NCBI GenBank assembly: GCA_000708835.1
Contig: DF237436.1
Location: 4,935-68,934, forward strand
DNA: 64,000 bases
Direction: 5' to 3'
Source of the DNA: Klebsormidium nitens
Lineage: Eukaryota; Plantae; Klebsormidiophyceae
Shown: piece after piece, positions 1-12,300 of the stretch
Layout of the letters: each line of letters begins with the position of its first letter
How positions within the stretch are numbered: the stretch's first letter is position 1
Position numbers and translations under genes: made by a program
The notes under the pieces: generated by a model
Told to the model about the DNA's origin: nothing
What the model saw: only the letters and a program-made list of their open reading frames with translations
Databases searched by the model: none

Positions 1-40
1 TGAAACCCTCGCACAAGTTCGTCTTCGCTTCTTCTTTTGC

Positions 41-136
41 GCTGTCTCACTCTTCGGAACCAACCAGGTACTCGCACGAGTTCGTTCACAGTTGTTTTTA
101 CGTTGTCTCGCTCTTCGCAGCCAACCAGGTACTGCA
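41..136. repeat. Imperfect direct duplication of about 35 bp (period about 61) containing CCAACCAGGTACT
   Basis: gctgtctcactcttcggaaccaaccaggtactcgca versus gttgtctcgctcttcgcagccaaccaggtactgca. Confidence 0.75.
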
Positions 137-345
137 AGCTCGATTCTTTGACGCACGAGTCTCATGGTCGACTCGCTGCTTTTACTCTGAACTCGGTTGC
201 AGAAACAGCCGTGTCTGAAAGCTTTAACAACCACATATTACGTAACTTGGTCTGCTGGTCAGGGGGAAAAGGAGCGGAACGACGGACGCTCTCAGTTTCC
301 GCTTTCATTTTCTCAGCGTCATGCTCACTTTCTGGTTGTGCGCAG

Positions 346-3300
346 ACGGTGACAATCCCGGGCAGTGGAAGCTTCACGATCGTGACCATCTACATTGACA
401 ACACCCAGACGTACCGTTACATCGCGCACTCTGCTCAGGCACCTGCTGACGTCAGCAACGTGGCGGGTCCGCTGCCCAGGTAGGCCCGTGCCGCAGCGTA
501 GACACAAAAAGGCACTCATGACGGCTGTTGCTCATGTGCGCTTCAAGATGCTGACTTGCTTGCAGCTTCGGTGGACTGAAAATGGAGGGCAAACGAGAGA
601 TATGGAGCCCTCCTTTGAGCGACCTAAAAGTGAAATTTGAACCTCTTTGGTTCTGCCTGACGGCAAGACAGTGCATTCCTTTCTGCAACAGGAATCTCTG
701 TTTAATGCTGACATTCATACATTGTTCCCTGACCTCGAAGCATTGGCTCCAACCTCTCGTGTACGAACTCGAGTCTACCTCTGCTCCCGAAATTCAAGTG
801 CAATTGGTTTCTTTCCCTCGAGTCTTGTTACGAGCTTCAAGCTCTTCCCTTCAGGGTAAAGATGCAGAACTACACCCAGATTGGCCGCAGCGCCTTGCCC
901 TCTCCCCCTTCCGGAATCTTGACGTCCGCAGGCCAGGTCAATGTCAACGGCAACCAGCTCATCTGGGTTTCTAACAACACCGCCATGCTGACGTACAAGC
1001 TCGACGCCAGCACAGGTAAGCCGAATGGACACTGGACCCCGATACTTGACCCAATTTAGGAACCGAATGACTCGCTAACTCGCTCCCAGCTCCCAGCAAG
1101 AAACACATCTAGGGCAGCTTTGCTTAACAACAGCTCTCAAACCAATCGTTGGTTCAGTCTGTAACACGGACGTGGGCTTAGACCCCCAGACTTGCGCATA
1201 AATGGCTCTAATTCGGCGAGTGCTGCTTCCTGCAGATCCTCATTTGGGGGGCTGCTCCTTATCTTCAACTACTTACGGTTTTCAAGGCGATCTATCCTTA
1301 ACGCATCACGTCGTTTCTTTTCGCAGGCAGCCTGACCTTCAACAGCGTCACCCTGTTCACGGCGAACTCGACCACTGACGTCCAATGGGGCGTCGTGACG
1401 GCCATCCCCTTCCCCGGCGCGTCCGACGGGTCTTTGGCAGTAGTCAAGGTGAGCTTCCAAGCGTGCTCGCTGATCATACCTTCCAAGCGTGCTCGCTGAT
1501 CATACCTTGCATAAGATGACTGATGCGTCTGATCAGAAGGGAGGTCTGCAAGAGAGATCTTACAAATCGATGCTGCATTCAGCATCCGCAAATGGCTCGT
1601 AGGGTCTTGTATAGCAACGCAGATGAATCGCACTATCCCGATCATCATCGTGGAAGTATAGGCTAAGCCGCAGACGCAAAATTGTCTCGTGACGCGTTTC
1701 TTCGGTGTAGAACGGAGAAGAGTAGTACCCTCTCGAAGAGCCCAAGCTTCGTGTACGAATGTAATTAAAACACTTCTTCAAGCCAGTTCAAGCTAGCCTA
1801 ACTGCGACGGCTTTTTGACCTCCGCGTTCTACACCACAATCCGAGCACACAGATCTGGACACTGGCTGATTGGTTTTGGTCCTTCTCCGCATCGAAGCAG
1901 CGCCTTTCTTGGATGCAACGCTCTGCAGGTCTCTAGCTCCCAAATTTTCACCTTCGCTTCCATCGTACAGATGCTTCCGTAGACCTACCCTCCGAATCAC
2001 TCCGCCAAGCATCCGTTTCTTTTCCCCCCCCCAGGTCACTGCGGGCGCGCTCGACAACAACATCCGGCTGCTGACTCCCTGCACCGTGTGGGCTCAGCTG
2101 TACAAGGTCAACCCCCTCGCCGCCAGCAACACTTCAGTGGCTGCCGCCTCCGCAGTAGGGTCCACCCAGTGCATCTCCAACTGGCCGGGACCCAGCCAGG
2201 GTTCTGGCGCCAAGCTGGCCGCGACGATCGTGCCGGCATATAACGGCTCTCGCTGCAACGGCGGTATTGAGGTGAGCTTTGGTGGGAGTACGACGGACCG
2301 GAAGTGGTCTGCTTGAGGGGTAGCGGTGTGCGGAAGCAGCTTAGTTAGTCTGGGTCAGAGTCCGCTTTGCAGTTACCCTTCAAGTGTAGGATCTCCAAAT
2401 GCTGCTCTGGTGTCCCGCCACCGTGGTCTTGTTCACTGCTGTTTGACTTCTCTATTTGGACGGGCGTACAAACCGCCTTGATAATAGAAAGTTCTGTACG
2501 TCCATTTAGAGTTGATTGTTGCCAGTCTGGACTTGAGGAGGAGTCAGCCCCTGAACGAAAAGGAAGCGACTACTAACGAACAGCCTCCCAATAGATGCTT
2601 AAAATGTTGTTGCATTTCACTAGATTTAGGAGCGCAGTGAAGTGAGATCAACCATTCTCGCGACCAATGTTGCTGGAGTAGGATCCCTTTCAACCCCTCC
2701 TCTAAAGGTCCGTCATGCTGGGGCAGGTATTCGCGGCATACAGCGGCTACTTCTCGTTCAACATGATCAGCATCGACCCCAAGGTCTACGCGACGCACTT
2801 CTGCATGGACCCCGCGGGTGAGGCGCTTCAATAGGCTCTGCTTACTTGCTCCGTAAGCGTTGGCATCGAGCGGGGTGCATGGCAGCGAGCCGCCTGTTAT
2901 TCTCTGCTGTCAATTCTCTGGGCGTCTTCCTAAAAGCTGAGATGTGGAAGCCAATGAGGCCAACGGGCCGATGATGGAGATAACAACTTGCGTCTGCTGG
3001 GGAAGGAAGTCAGTTGGCGAATGTGTGGGGAAATTGAGAAGGTGTGGCAGAGATTATAAAAAGGTCGTCGAGTTCGACGAACGGCTTGGTTTCGACGCAG
3101 GTGGAGACTCTCCCGCACCTCTGGTGCCTGCTTTGACTACGTATCCTCCCGTCTTCGCGATCGGCGACTTCCCAAGTAAGTCAAGTACATGAAGGTCGCT
3201 TTCTGGATTGTAATAGTCAAAGAGAATTCATTTGAGCAGAAAGCATAATGTTTGGTGTACGAATCAACTCCGGAAGCTTCTTTACGGCAGGACGCCTCTC

Positions 3301-5585
3301 TCCATCGTTGCTAATCTTCGACATGCCGAATCGATAACGAAGATCAAATGATCCGCCTTGCAATCACGAGAGTTTGTTTTTGAAGAACCCTCCGCAGAAA
3401 GTCGTGCAAGGGATAACTCAGCGATGGCGACCCCAGCTTTGCGCTGAGGTGAGTACGTCGGCTTTCGGTTGACTCTTTTTCTGCCTGAGGAGTAGAAGCC
3501 TTTTCATATTGCAGGGTCACCGGATCTTATCACAAGCTTTTGCTGTGCAGGCGTGGCTGCTCTTGCTTACAATGGCCGCGCTGTCCTGGCTCTAGTCAAC
3601 ACCAACTCGTTTTGCTACAACAGCTACCAGCGCGATGACTCCCCGCTGGGGTAAGCTTAGCTTCTGTCCTACTTTCTGCGCACGCTTCTGAGCCTCCCGG
3701 TGTAGATTGAACCTGATTCGAACGGTTTGATCGCAATCTGGTGCCCACCATCAGCAGGTAGAGGTGCTGCATACATGAGTGACGTTTTCGCAGGTTCAAT
3801 CGAGGTTGCAACGCGGAAAGCAGAGGGCTAAATGGTAGTGATTCTGAGACCCTTCAAAAGGGATGCATGGGCTGTGATGAGAAGGAGGTTTGAAGAAGGT
3901 GCTTGAATGCTCGCATGAGATAACGCGCTGTGGTCAACATTTTGCAGGCTGCCCCAGATCTGCGATGCCTACAAGCTTGGCTTTGGACAGCCGTCGGTAA
4001 GTCCTTTCTTTTTTGCTGACGTTTGGATGCTCTTCGAAAACGTTGTCTATCTCTTGCGCCCAAATCATTGCTGGGCGCGGTGGTCAAGGCGGTGTTCATA
4101 ACAATTGACTCATGTTGCAGAATGCAGAGGAGTAACACTATATCACTTGCACGTGCGATCAACCGCGAATGCAGTACAGACGTCGCTGCTGTCAAAAGAT
4201 GCAAAGATCGGTTAGCATTTGCTGCATGTAACATTCCTCGGAAAGGTTTGCAGCATAGAGTCTGCTTTCTTCCCTTCGAAGCCAACACTAAACGACTAAA
4301 TGTCCCATAAATCTCATCGAAATCTCATAAGGAAATCAAGGACAGAGCAGGCGCCATGGGGGGCTCCCATCTTTTCAACATACCGACTCGCTTGTTACAA
4401 ACCTCTGTCGACCAACCTTGAGACGCACGGATGCTGCCGACAAATCTGACTCGAAAGATGGAGGTCTCTGTCAATTGTGTCATCAGCTCTTTGTTATTCT
4501 CAGTTGGGCGTCCTGGCGTACACGTACGGCTATGCGGACGTCCTGGTTCCGAAGCTCCAGGCCAACACGCCCAACGGCACGCTCATCACCAGTGCCTGCG
4601 ACGACATGCTCTTGCACGGCACCTACGACCAGGTAAGTCGGAACACTCTTAGATCAGCTGGAAGCCCTTGATGAGTTCTGCGTGCCCAAATTGTTGATTG
4701 TTGAGTTCTGCGTGATTGTTGAATCCTTTAAGGGCAGGGCCGCGTGATGTACTTGCAGCTTTCTCGGTGGATCGAGCCTTTCCAGCCTTCTGGAAAGTCT
4801 AGTGAACTAGGAATTTGGTGTAGCTCATCTTTGCTCTTTCCAGTGACTTTCAAGGGGGGCTGGATTGTGAGTTCGAACTTGTACAGCAAACATCAACGTT
4901 GTCCGGGTGCTTTCGTGCAGGGGTATCAGCCCACCATTGCATTGGCCTACCCCGGGGGCCCCGCCCCCGTTGCCGTTGAAGTGCACGTTGGCATCGAGTC
5001 CCTTGGTAAGTCACTCCGCGAGGGAAGCCCATAGCAAGCCTTTCTCGCGTCCGAGCAATCTATCGGCCGTGTAGTGCAGCTCTTTGAAGTGCACAGGCTG
5101 TCCCCAAGGGCACTGATATTTTCAGAACCACCCGCACAATTCAAGATCTTGGCATGTTCGCGTGTCTCTCCGCGCTTCCGTCACAAGCCTTAAGCCTTCA
5201 ATTTGCACGCCCTGAGAGTCCAAGTAAACCGCTCCGGCTGCCAGCGTCTGCTCCCCTTCCACTGGAAAAGTGCTCAGAGCGTGTTTTACGACATAAGGAC
5301 CTTGTAGACTTCTTGTTCAAGCGATACGTTCGATCTGGGGGCCCAAAATGCTACTCGAAAGCAAGTGGCCGACTGTAATTCGTGACAATTGTGGTACTAC
5401 GAAAAGATCTGGCAAAGGGAGTCGCAAAGGCGTCCCACTCAAAGCCACTGATCAGCTGACTGGGTGCTTCTCGTGCCGTTTTCCCAGCCCACGGCGACTG
5501 CGGGTCCCCGGTACCCTCTTCGGGTCTGGTACTCGACTCCTGGGTGCTCCCTCAGCTGCCCACTGCCGCGCCCGCTTCCTCTTGA
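346..5585 (+). CDS. Hypothetical secreted/extracellular beta-rich protein, multi-exon, 5' end probably upstream of the window
   Basis: Two phase-consistent exon chains with GT-AG boundaries: 346-479, 891-1015, 1327-1448, 2035-2271, and 3101-3175, 3551-3650, 3948-3996, 4504-4632, 4921-5005, 5488-5585 (TGA). The link between 2271 and 3101 is unresolved (a 19-nt exon at 2708-2726 would fit). The product is Ser/Thr/Gly/Asn-rich with several N-x-S/T sequons. No family recognised. Confidence 0.6.
1454..1505. repeat. Perfect 26-bp tandem duplication just inside an intron
   Basis: cttccaagcgtgctcgctgatcatac x2, starting 6 nt into the intron that follows the exon ending at 1448. Confidence 0.9.
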
Positions 5586-6366
5586 CCGCAAGAAATCATG
5601 TTTATCACGAGTTGTCGACAGCTTTTAGGCGAGGCCTGAAATCCTGCAGGCACCTCGGTTGGGATTTTCCTTATTTATTGCGAAAACTACTGTAGCAGTG
5701 TTTGAGCGATGGCTGTTTTGAATTGTCCACTTTGAGTCGAGAAATCGGTTAGAATTCATGAACCATTGTGCAATTACATAACGGCAATATAGCTAGCGGC
5801 CTCGTTTGAGGTAGTAGAGGTGACCCGGCGATCACGCATGAAAAACGCGAATTAACATGTGGGCAGGATGTACGTGTGCCATTCCCTATTGCAGTGACCG
5901 AAGGCCGTTGGCTGGAGCCACTGACCAAATTGACGGTTTGAACAACGTACTGTGAGTTGACCTCCCGCTCATAAATGTCACCAGATTCAGATGATGTGTG
6001 AAGTTGTTCATATAAGAGCGTGCGGAATAGCTCAATGAAATCGAGCTGAAACTTGGATACTTTATCAGGGAGGTGACGTGCATGCAGACACGCATCAATG
6101 TACGCATGGCCACTATTTACAGCATTCCGGCCTACTTCAAGTGGTCAAATCTCCTGGTTGAAGGACTTGATACCGTCTACGTCAAACGTCCGCTCTGCAC
6201 CTCTATATCAGCTCTGAAGCCTGCAATTTCACTCGGCAATCCTTTAAGTTCATAATAGCGGCTTATAGAAAAGCTACGTGCTCGGACCAAGAGGATTCTA
6301 CTCGCACGACAGGGTTTCAAAGGCGCGCGATCGGCCCCAATGTGCGCCTTGATCTCGTAGGGAAGC

Positions 6367-9300
6367 TCATCTCGCCTCGCCCATGTTCAACGCGACATGA
6401 GCAGTCCGACGTTTTCCCGATGTTCTTCTTATCTCGTCGATCAACCGGTTCCAGTTAGAGCCCGGTACGCCCACAAAGTAATCACATTCCACTGAGATAA
6501 CCAGATTGACGAACGACTGGTCGGTAATGTCCCGGCCCCTCCCGATGCCCCGCATCTCGGAAACTCGGGGGAGCCCCCGGGTGTATAGGAAATCCCACGA
6601 AGGGTAAAGACGCGTCTCGTTGACCACTGTCTCCATCTCCGTGCTCAACCAGATGGTCCTGCAAACAAGCACGTATAGACTTCAATCAGCTAAAAAACTT
6701 GGTGGTAAAGAAGCCAGTGAGACATCGAGTGACACAAGGGGGCGCCACGTCAGGTGATCAGCCCAATCTTGCTTTGAGCGAGTATTGAAGTGCACGAGCA
6801 AAGCGCGCGATTACTGCAGGGCGTCAAACGGACAAAAGGTTGCCGGATCGGGTAGAAGGTTGACCGCGACGGAGAAGAGATTGGCGCATAACAGGTTTCT
6901 ACAACGAACAGAGATCTATGCCTTGCAGCTCTGCAGAACGTCTTCCGCAACTAAGAAAGGCGGGCGTCAACCAGATGCTTGGCGCTTGATCACGCTTGAA
7001 AATTTTCGTTGCAGGATTGAACGGACGGGATATGGATCCAACAGCACTTTCCTTACCAGAAGTTGATCATGCAACTTTTACGCTTGTCTTTCTTTTCAGT
7101 CTGATCAACGTTGATCGGCTTGGGCGGCAGGCGGCAGCATTCCGTTAGCAAAGATGCAGCTGTTCTCTCGTTTTGGGGGGTAATCTGAAAAGGATACTAA
7201 GGAAGGTAATCAGAAATTCTTTCTGAATGTTTCATCGCGATGAAAAAGAGAGACGTGAAGCTCACCTGACGGAAGGGTTGTGCCGCCGTATCCGCTCCGC
7301 CATCGCCATAAAGGCGCCGAAGTCGTACAGTTCCATTTCGGCCGCCTTATCCCCCTGCCGCACGTGCAATGAGATACAAGGCCCCGGCAAGAAGGGCCCC
7401 CGCTCATCCGGGCTCCAAAACGTGGTCTCCAATTCGCCTTTCATGAGGCCGCCGTAACTAGAGTCGGTGAGGATTCTGCTCTGGCGCATTTTGGCGGCAA
7501 GCAGGTCACGGGCCACCTGATCAGGGGGAAGCGCGGTAACGGGTTATAGGAGGAGGAAAGGTGAGAGTTGGGCGCGGGTTTCGGTCTCTTGCTAGACACC
7601 TTTACAAGTCATCCTTGGAAAGGAGATCGAGCCTGCTACCATTGCAAGCATTGAATTCTGTTCTTGTGCATCGCTTCCGATCCTTGGAGCAGGTTCGCTT
7701 GCGCGATCACTGGTTGCTTGAGGATGTGGAAGAGTGCGGCACTTACAGAACGTCCACCGAAAACAGCATGCTTTTTGAAAATATAATGAATAGAAGGACA
7801 CAACTACAAAGGAGACAGAGTTTCAAGCATAGAACTGAGCTTCCTGGACGAGCTTTTTCTCAGCGATACCCTTCGACTCAAGTCTGATTTAGCATGGTGC
7901 GGAATCAATGGAGCTTTAGTCCACAGAGCCCGGTCTGGTTCGGGCTGGACGTTATTTGACTCTCAGAACGACGGAAACATGAAACAAACTTCCCAAAGCA
8001 CAATTACTCGTCCCCAACAGGCGAGAGAGACTCTGATAGCAGAAGCAGGCGGCCAAGCAAATGTAGTTCGAACTGTTCAAGAAAGCTTCCGGACAAGCTG
8101 TCCATGGTCCTGACTTGTATGCAACGGAGTCGCACACCCAACTGGAAGCGCTCGCTCAAATGCGCAGCCAACCTCAGACAACATCATACGAGCAGCAAAA
8201 ACAGAATAGTAAATGCTCACCTGCTTCCCGTACACGCGGTGCCGCTCCCGGTTGGCCAAATGGGATCTTGTCATACGAGCATCAATGCAGGAAAGCTTAT
8301 GCCCACCTGCTTTCCGTATACGCGGTGCCGCTCCCGGTTGGTGAGACGGCACAGATAGCTGCTGGGCCATCGCAGCAGGTACTTGGTGGCCTGCGCGCGC
8401 CACCAGGAAGTGCGCGCGCGCCTCTCGTCCGCGTGGAACAGCTTGCCCTGGTTCTCCAGGGTCAACACCGACTCCTTCAGCCACGGCTGGCCCCAGTTGC
8501 TGGGGGCCTGGAAGCACAGCGCACGGGAAGTTCTGGCTGCTGATTATCAGACTGTAGCTTCGGATCTAGAACATAACCTGACTTTAACTGTGTTACAAGA
8601 CTGGTTACCGCCAAAGCCTGGTTCTTGGACAAATAACCACTCTCCAAGCATCCCCTAACCAGTTCATAACTATCCATGGTTAAGGGTCACAAATTCTGAA
8701 GGAGCAGGTGGTACTCTGGATGTTGAACAGCGATTTTGGAAGAACACGAACCGTAAATGGGCAGCGGAATGCAAAGAGAACATTCCGCAGGATACAGTGG
8801 GTCCATAAGTGAAGCCTTTGCGAAGTCAGTGAAAGTCTGTGGATGCAAAAGGTGTCTGCAGTAGCTCCCTACTCGAATTTTCAGGGGGGTTCGTGACAGG
8901 TGCCGCTATGCATTCGCCTGAAACAAGACGAACCAACACTTTAAATGTCGCTCAAGCAGGACTGACTTTTCACTTAAAAGCTCGTTCTACGCTTTCCATC
9001 CCGTCTATCATCTCGTCGACAAATTTCGCTGCTTACGGGATTGCTCGGTCAGAAGCCACTATCCCACGAACAAAACGTCTGCGCCCACCAAATATTTGGG
9101 TCAGTTACGGTTATGGTTTGGTTGACAGCAACCTAAACGCATTTTGTGCGCTCACCTGCTCGGTGTACAGCCAGTAGTGCGCGTGGTGAAACATTTCCCT
9201 GACGAAGTAAACGCGCGCGTCAGAGGCGAGCCCTGTGACTACTTGCTCGCTGCTCGCGTTGTGCGCGCCGCGGGCCACGGACACTTTGCGCGCAAACAGG

Positions 9301-12300
9301 TCCAAGCCGACCGTCCTGCAGCGAAGAGAAAAGAGCATTCAGCAACCAAACACAGGAGGTTCGGCTCTTAACCAAGGATGGGTCTGGGCTGGTTCTGGGC
9401 TGCTTAGAAAGTGGGTTTATCTCCCCGTCAAGCGGACTTGGATGTAAGCAGCCTTGGAACAAGGTCAAAACCCGGTTACTTGACCGATAACTTTGGAGTC
9501 AATTCTAGTAGTTAGCGTGGTTAGCGGCCAGAACTTCCTGTGTGCAAATGGTCGGTCTTCTTCCCTCTTGAACAGTTTGCAAAGCTTTCCGTTTGGTTCC
9601 ATCTTTTGAAGACGCCGACGAAGCTTGCCTTCTTGAGAGCAGATGCGAACTGCAGAACTCTCATTGGAAACTGCCAACGCTGCCTTAGATTCTAGGAGGC
9701 TCTCATCTGTAAAAGCGAAAGGAACGATTGCCCTGCTAGCGACCCTGCCCGAGAAAAACCTATACTTGAAGCAGGAAAATGACCCGCTGTGCCTCAGACG
9801 AGATCGTGGATTCCCCACCTGCCTAAGCGCACTCTAAACCACCCCCCTTGTACTAGTAAGCCGTTCGAGCACGAAGCTGTGCGTAAACGCGGACGTTTTA
9901 GTATATTCAAGCCAGAAGCTGCTATCAGCATTAACCAAACCGAGCGGTCTCGATGAAGGAAGCCTTGTAGAACAATTCAGGCTAGAACAAGGGGGGGTGC
10001 CTCATAGTGTCGCTTACCTGCACTCCTCGCTAACGAAGTCAAAAAAGAAGCACGCGAGCGAGTCTTTTTTCCCCTCCGCCTCGCACCCTTCGTGGCTCGC
10101 CGGTTGGTACGTGTGAGGCAGCACCAGCACGCGGTTGTGGATCAGGGCGGCCGCCAGAATAATGGTCCACCCGTGCAACTGAGAACCCAGCCCGTGCACT
10201 TCGACAGTCCACCAGTCAGCCACCAGGAAGCGCAGGTTGGGGTCGTGGCAATCCTGCGGGTTCGGCAGGATTTAACCGAAGGTTAGTTGCCGGTTAGGAT
10301 CTTAAACTAAGCTGGGGTTGATCAAAGAGTTGAGGGACCCTAGGAAGGACGTTTGCAGGAGCCTAAGCGGTTACGAGAGGGCTCGCCAAGAGATGTCTGA
10401 GGCGTGAGGAGTTCGTCGAGTGCCCACCTCCAGCTTCGATGCCCAACGCTTGCTTTATCTGACCTAATTCCAGCTTTGACGGGTCGTCTGCCTTTGACGT
10501 ATGACTGGAAGCGAGAATATGAACGGCCAATAGTATAGAGGTTACTTCCTCAGAGAAAACTTGTCCTTGACAAGTTACTTCCAGAAATGCTCTGCCGTCA
10601 ATCTTTGATCAATATGCTGTTAGCCGTCTGCTTAACCTTCTGCTGGTTTCCTATCCTGCCCCCGTCAAGCTACCGTTGAACCAACCGACGCAGCCAAGAA
10701 GAACAGAACTCCCATCGGCGTGCAACTCATTGTTGCGGCGTGAAAAATGTGCCCAGTTAAAGCTTTCCTTACAGCTGGATGCTGATGCGCCCAGATGTCC
10801 GCCTGCGCACGCCGTGTTGCTGGGATGTTGTCGATGTCTGCCCCGTACACCCACGGGGGCTGGGAGGTATTCACACCCCCGTCGCCCTGGCCAAATATGT
10901 GCCCGCTGTGCCACAGTGGTAATGCCCCGTCTTCACCCCGGGTCTCCCAGGCTGTACGGTCCGCCGTCACTTTAGCGCAGTCCTGTAGCGGAACATACGC
11001 CTTTCTAGATCTGAGACTTAAGCTAAGAGAGATTGAGACTAAGAAAGACTCAGACTGCATTCTACATTCAGATTACCAGGAGCCTCAGCTTCCCAAACCC
11101 AGCAAAAAACAGCCCCTCATTGTTCTCAGTACGCCAAAGTTACGGCTTATGAAGGGCTTCCTCACGGGATCTCCAATTGACAAGGCGCTGCTAATCAGTC
11201 AAAATGCGGAATTGCTCAATCAGAAGAACGTTTAAATGTCCGGCTTGGGTTCGGCTTACGAACCCCCTATGCAGTATCGGTTCAACGAGGCGCTTTAAAA
11301 GTATGCGCTCTTACAAGCTACAAGTACGAGCTCAAACGAGCACGGTTCGATTCGAAGGAATTCTACTGCGAAAGGAGTTCCGTAACTGGAGAAATCAAAT
11401 CACAAGGGTTCTGCAGACGGCACTGCCGAAGCTCTCTCCTAGTAAGTGGACTCTGAAAAAAACGGAGCAATTGGGCGTTGTCTAAAAGAGCACCAGCTAG
11501 AGCGGCAATCACATCGACCTACGAAACGGAAAGCTTCTCAATCATCGTGACACTACATGTGCCGCGAAAGTCGAAGGGAACGTCAAATTTCTCTTTTCGG
11601 TCCCAAGCTACTCTTTTCCTAATCCACCTTGCTATCCCGCCAACAGCCTTTACCTGTAAGTGAGGGGGCGGGAGCATTCCTGGAGACTGTACTGGAGCGC
11701 CCTTGAAGTGCAGGTCCTCCACAGCATACGCGCTCGACCATCCCTCCCATAGCTTATCCACTTCCTCCTCACTAGGGACATTTTCGTCCGTTTCTGCGCT
11801 TAGCTTGCGGTCAGGAACCGACTCCTGCGCCTTGGCGAGTCTGGCTTCGACCTGTCATGGAAGATGCCGTTCGGTTTGCTCTGGTCGACTCCACTAAGGC
11901 AAGTATTGGAAGCAAACAGCATTTTAGTGGCTGCTCGCAGATATTGTCTAACAACACTGCCCGCGAACATTCTTGGGTGTGGTTCTGCTGTGGGGACTTC
12001 TTCTTCTCAATGAAAGGCACAAGCTGATAGAAGCCCCTAACGTTTGAGGTACCAGTTTAGCAACGACAAAGAAAGCTCCTTTCCTCGAAAGTCAAAGGCT
12101 AGACAGCCAAATGAAACCAGATAGCCGACCTCATCTGCTTAGGAGCTGTCGATCTGTTGATCTTGCACTAAACCGCCAGTTTCCTCTCAGTTTCGAATCA
12201 TAGTAGAGTGCTACCAGGAAACCACTGTCTGCTGCGCCAGTCTGGCAGGGGCAACAGCTTTTCGAGTGGGCTCCCCAGCCTCTCCTTCTCCTCCGCAGAC

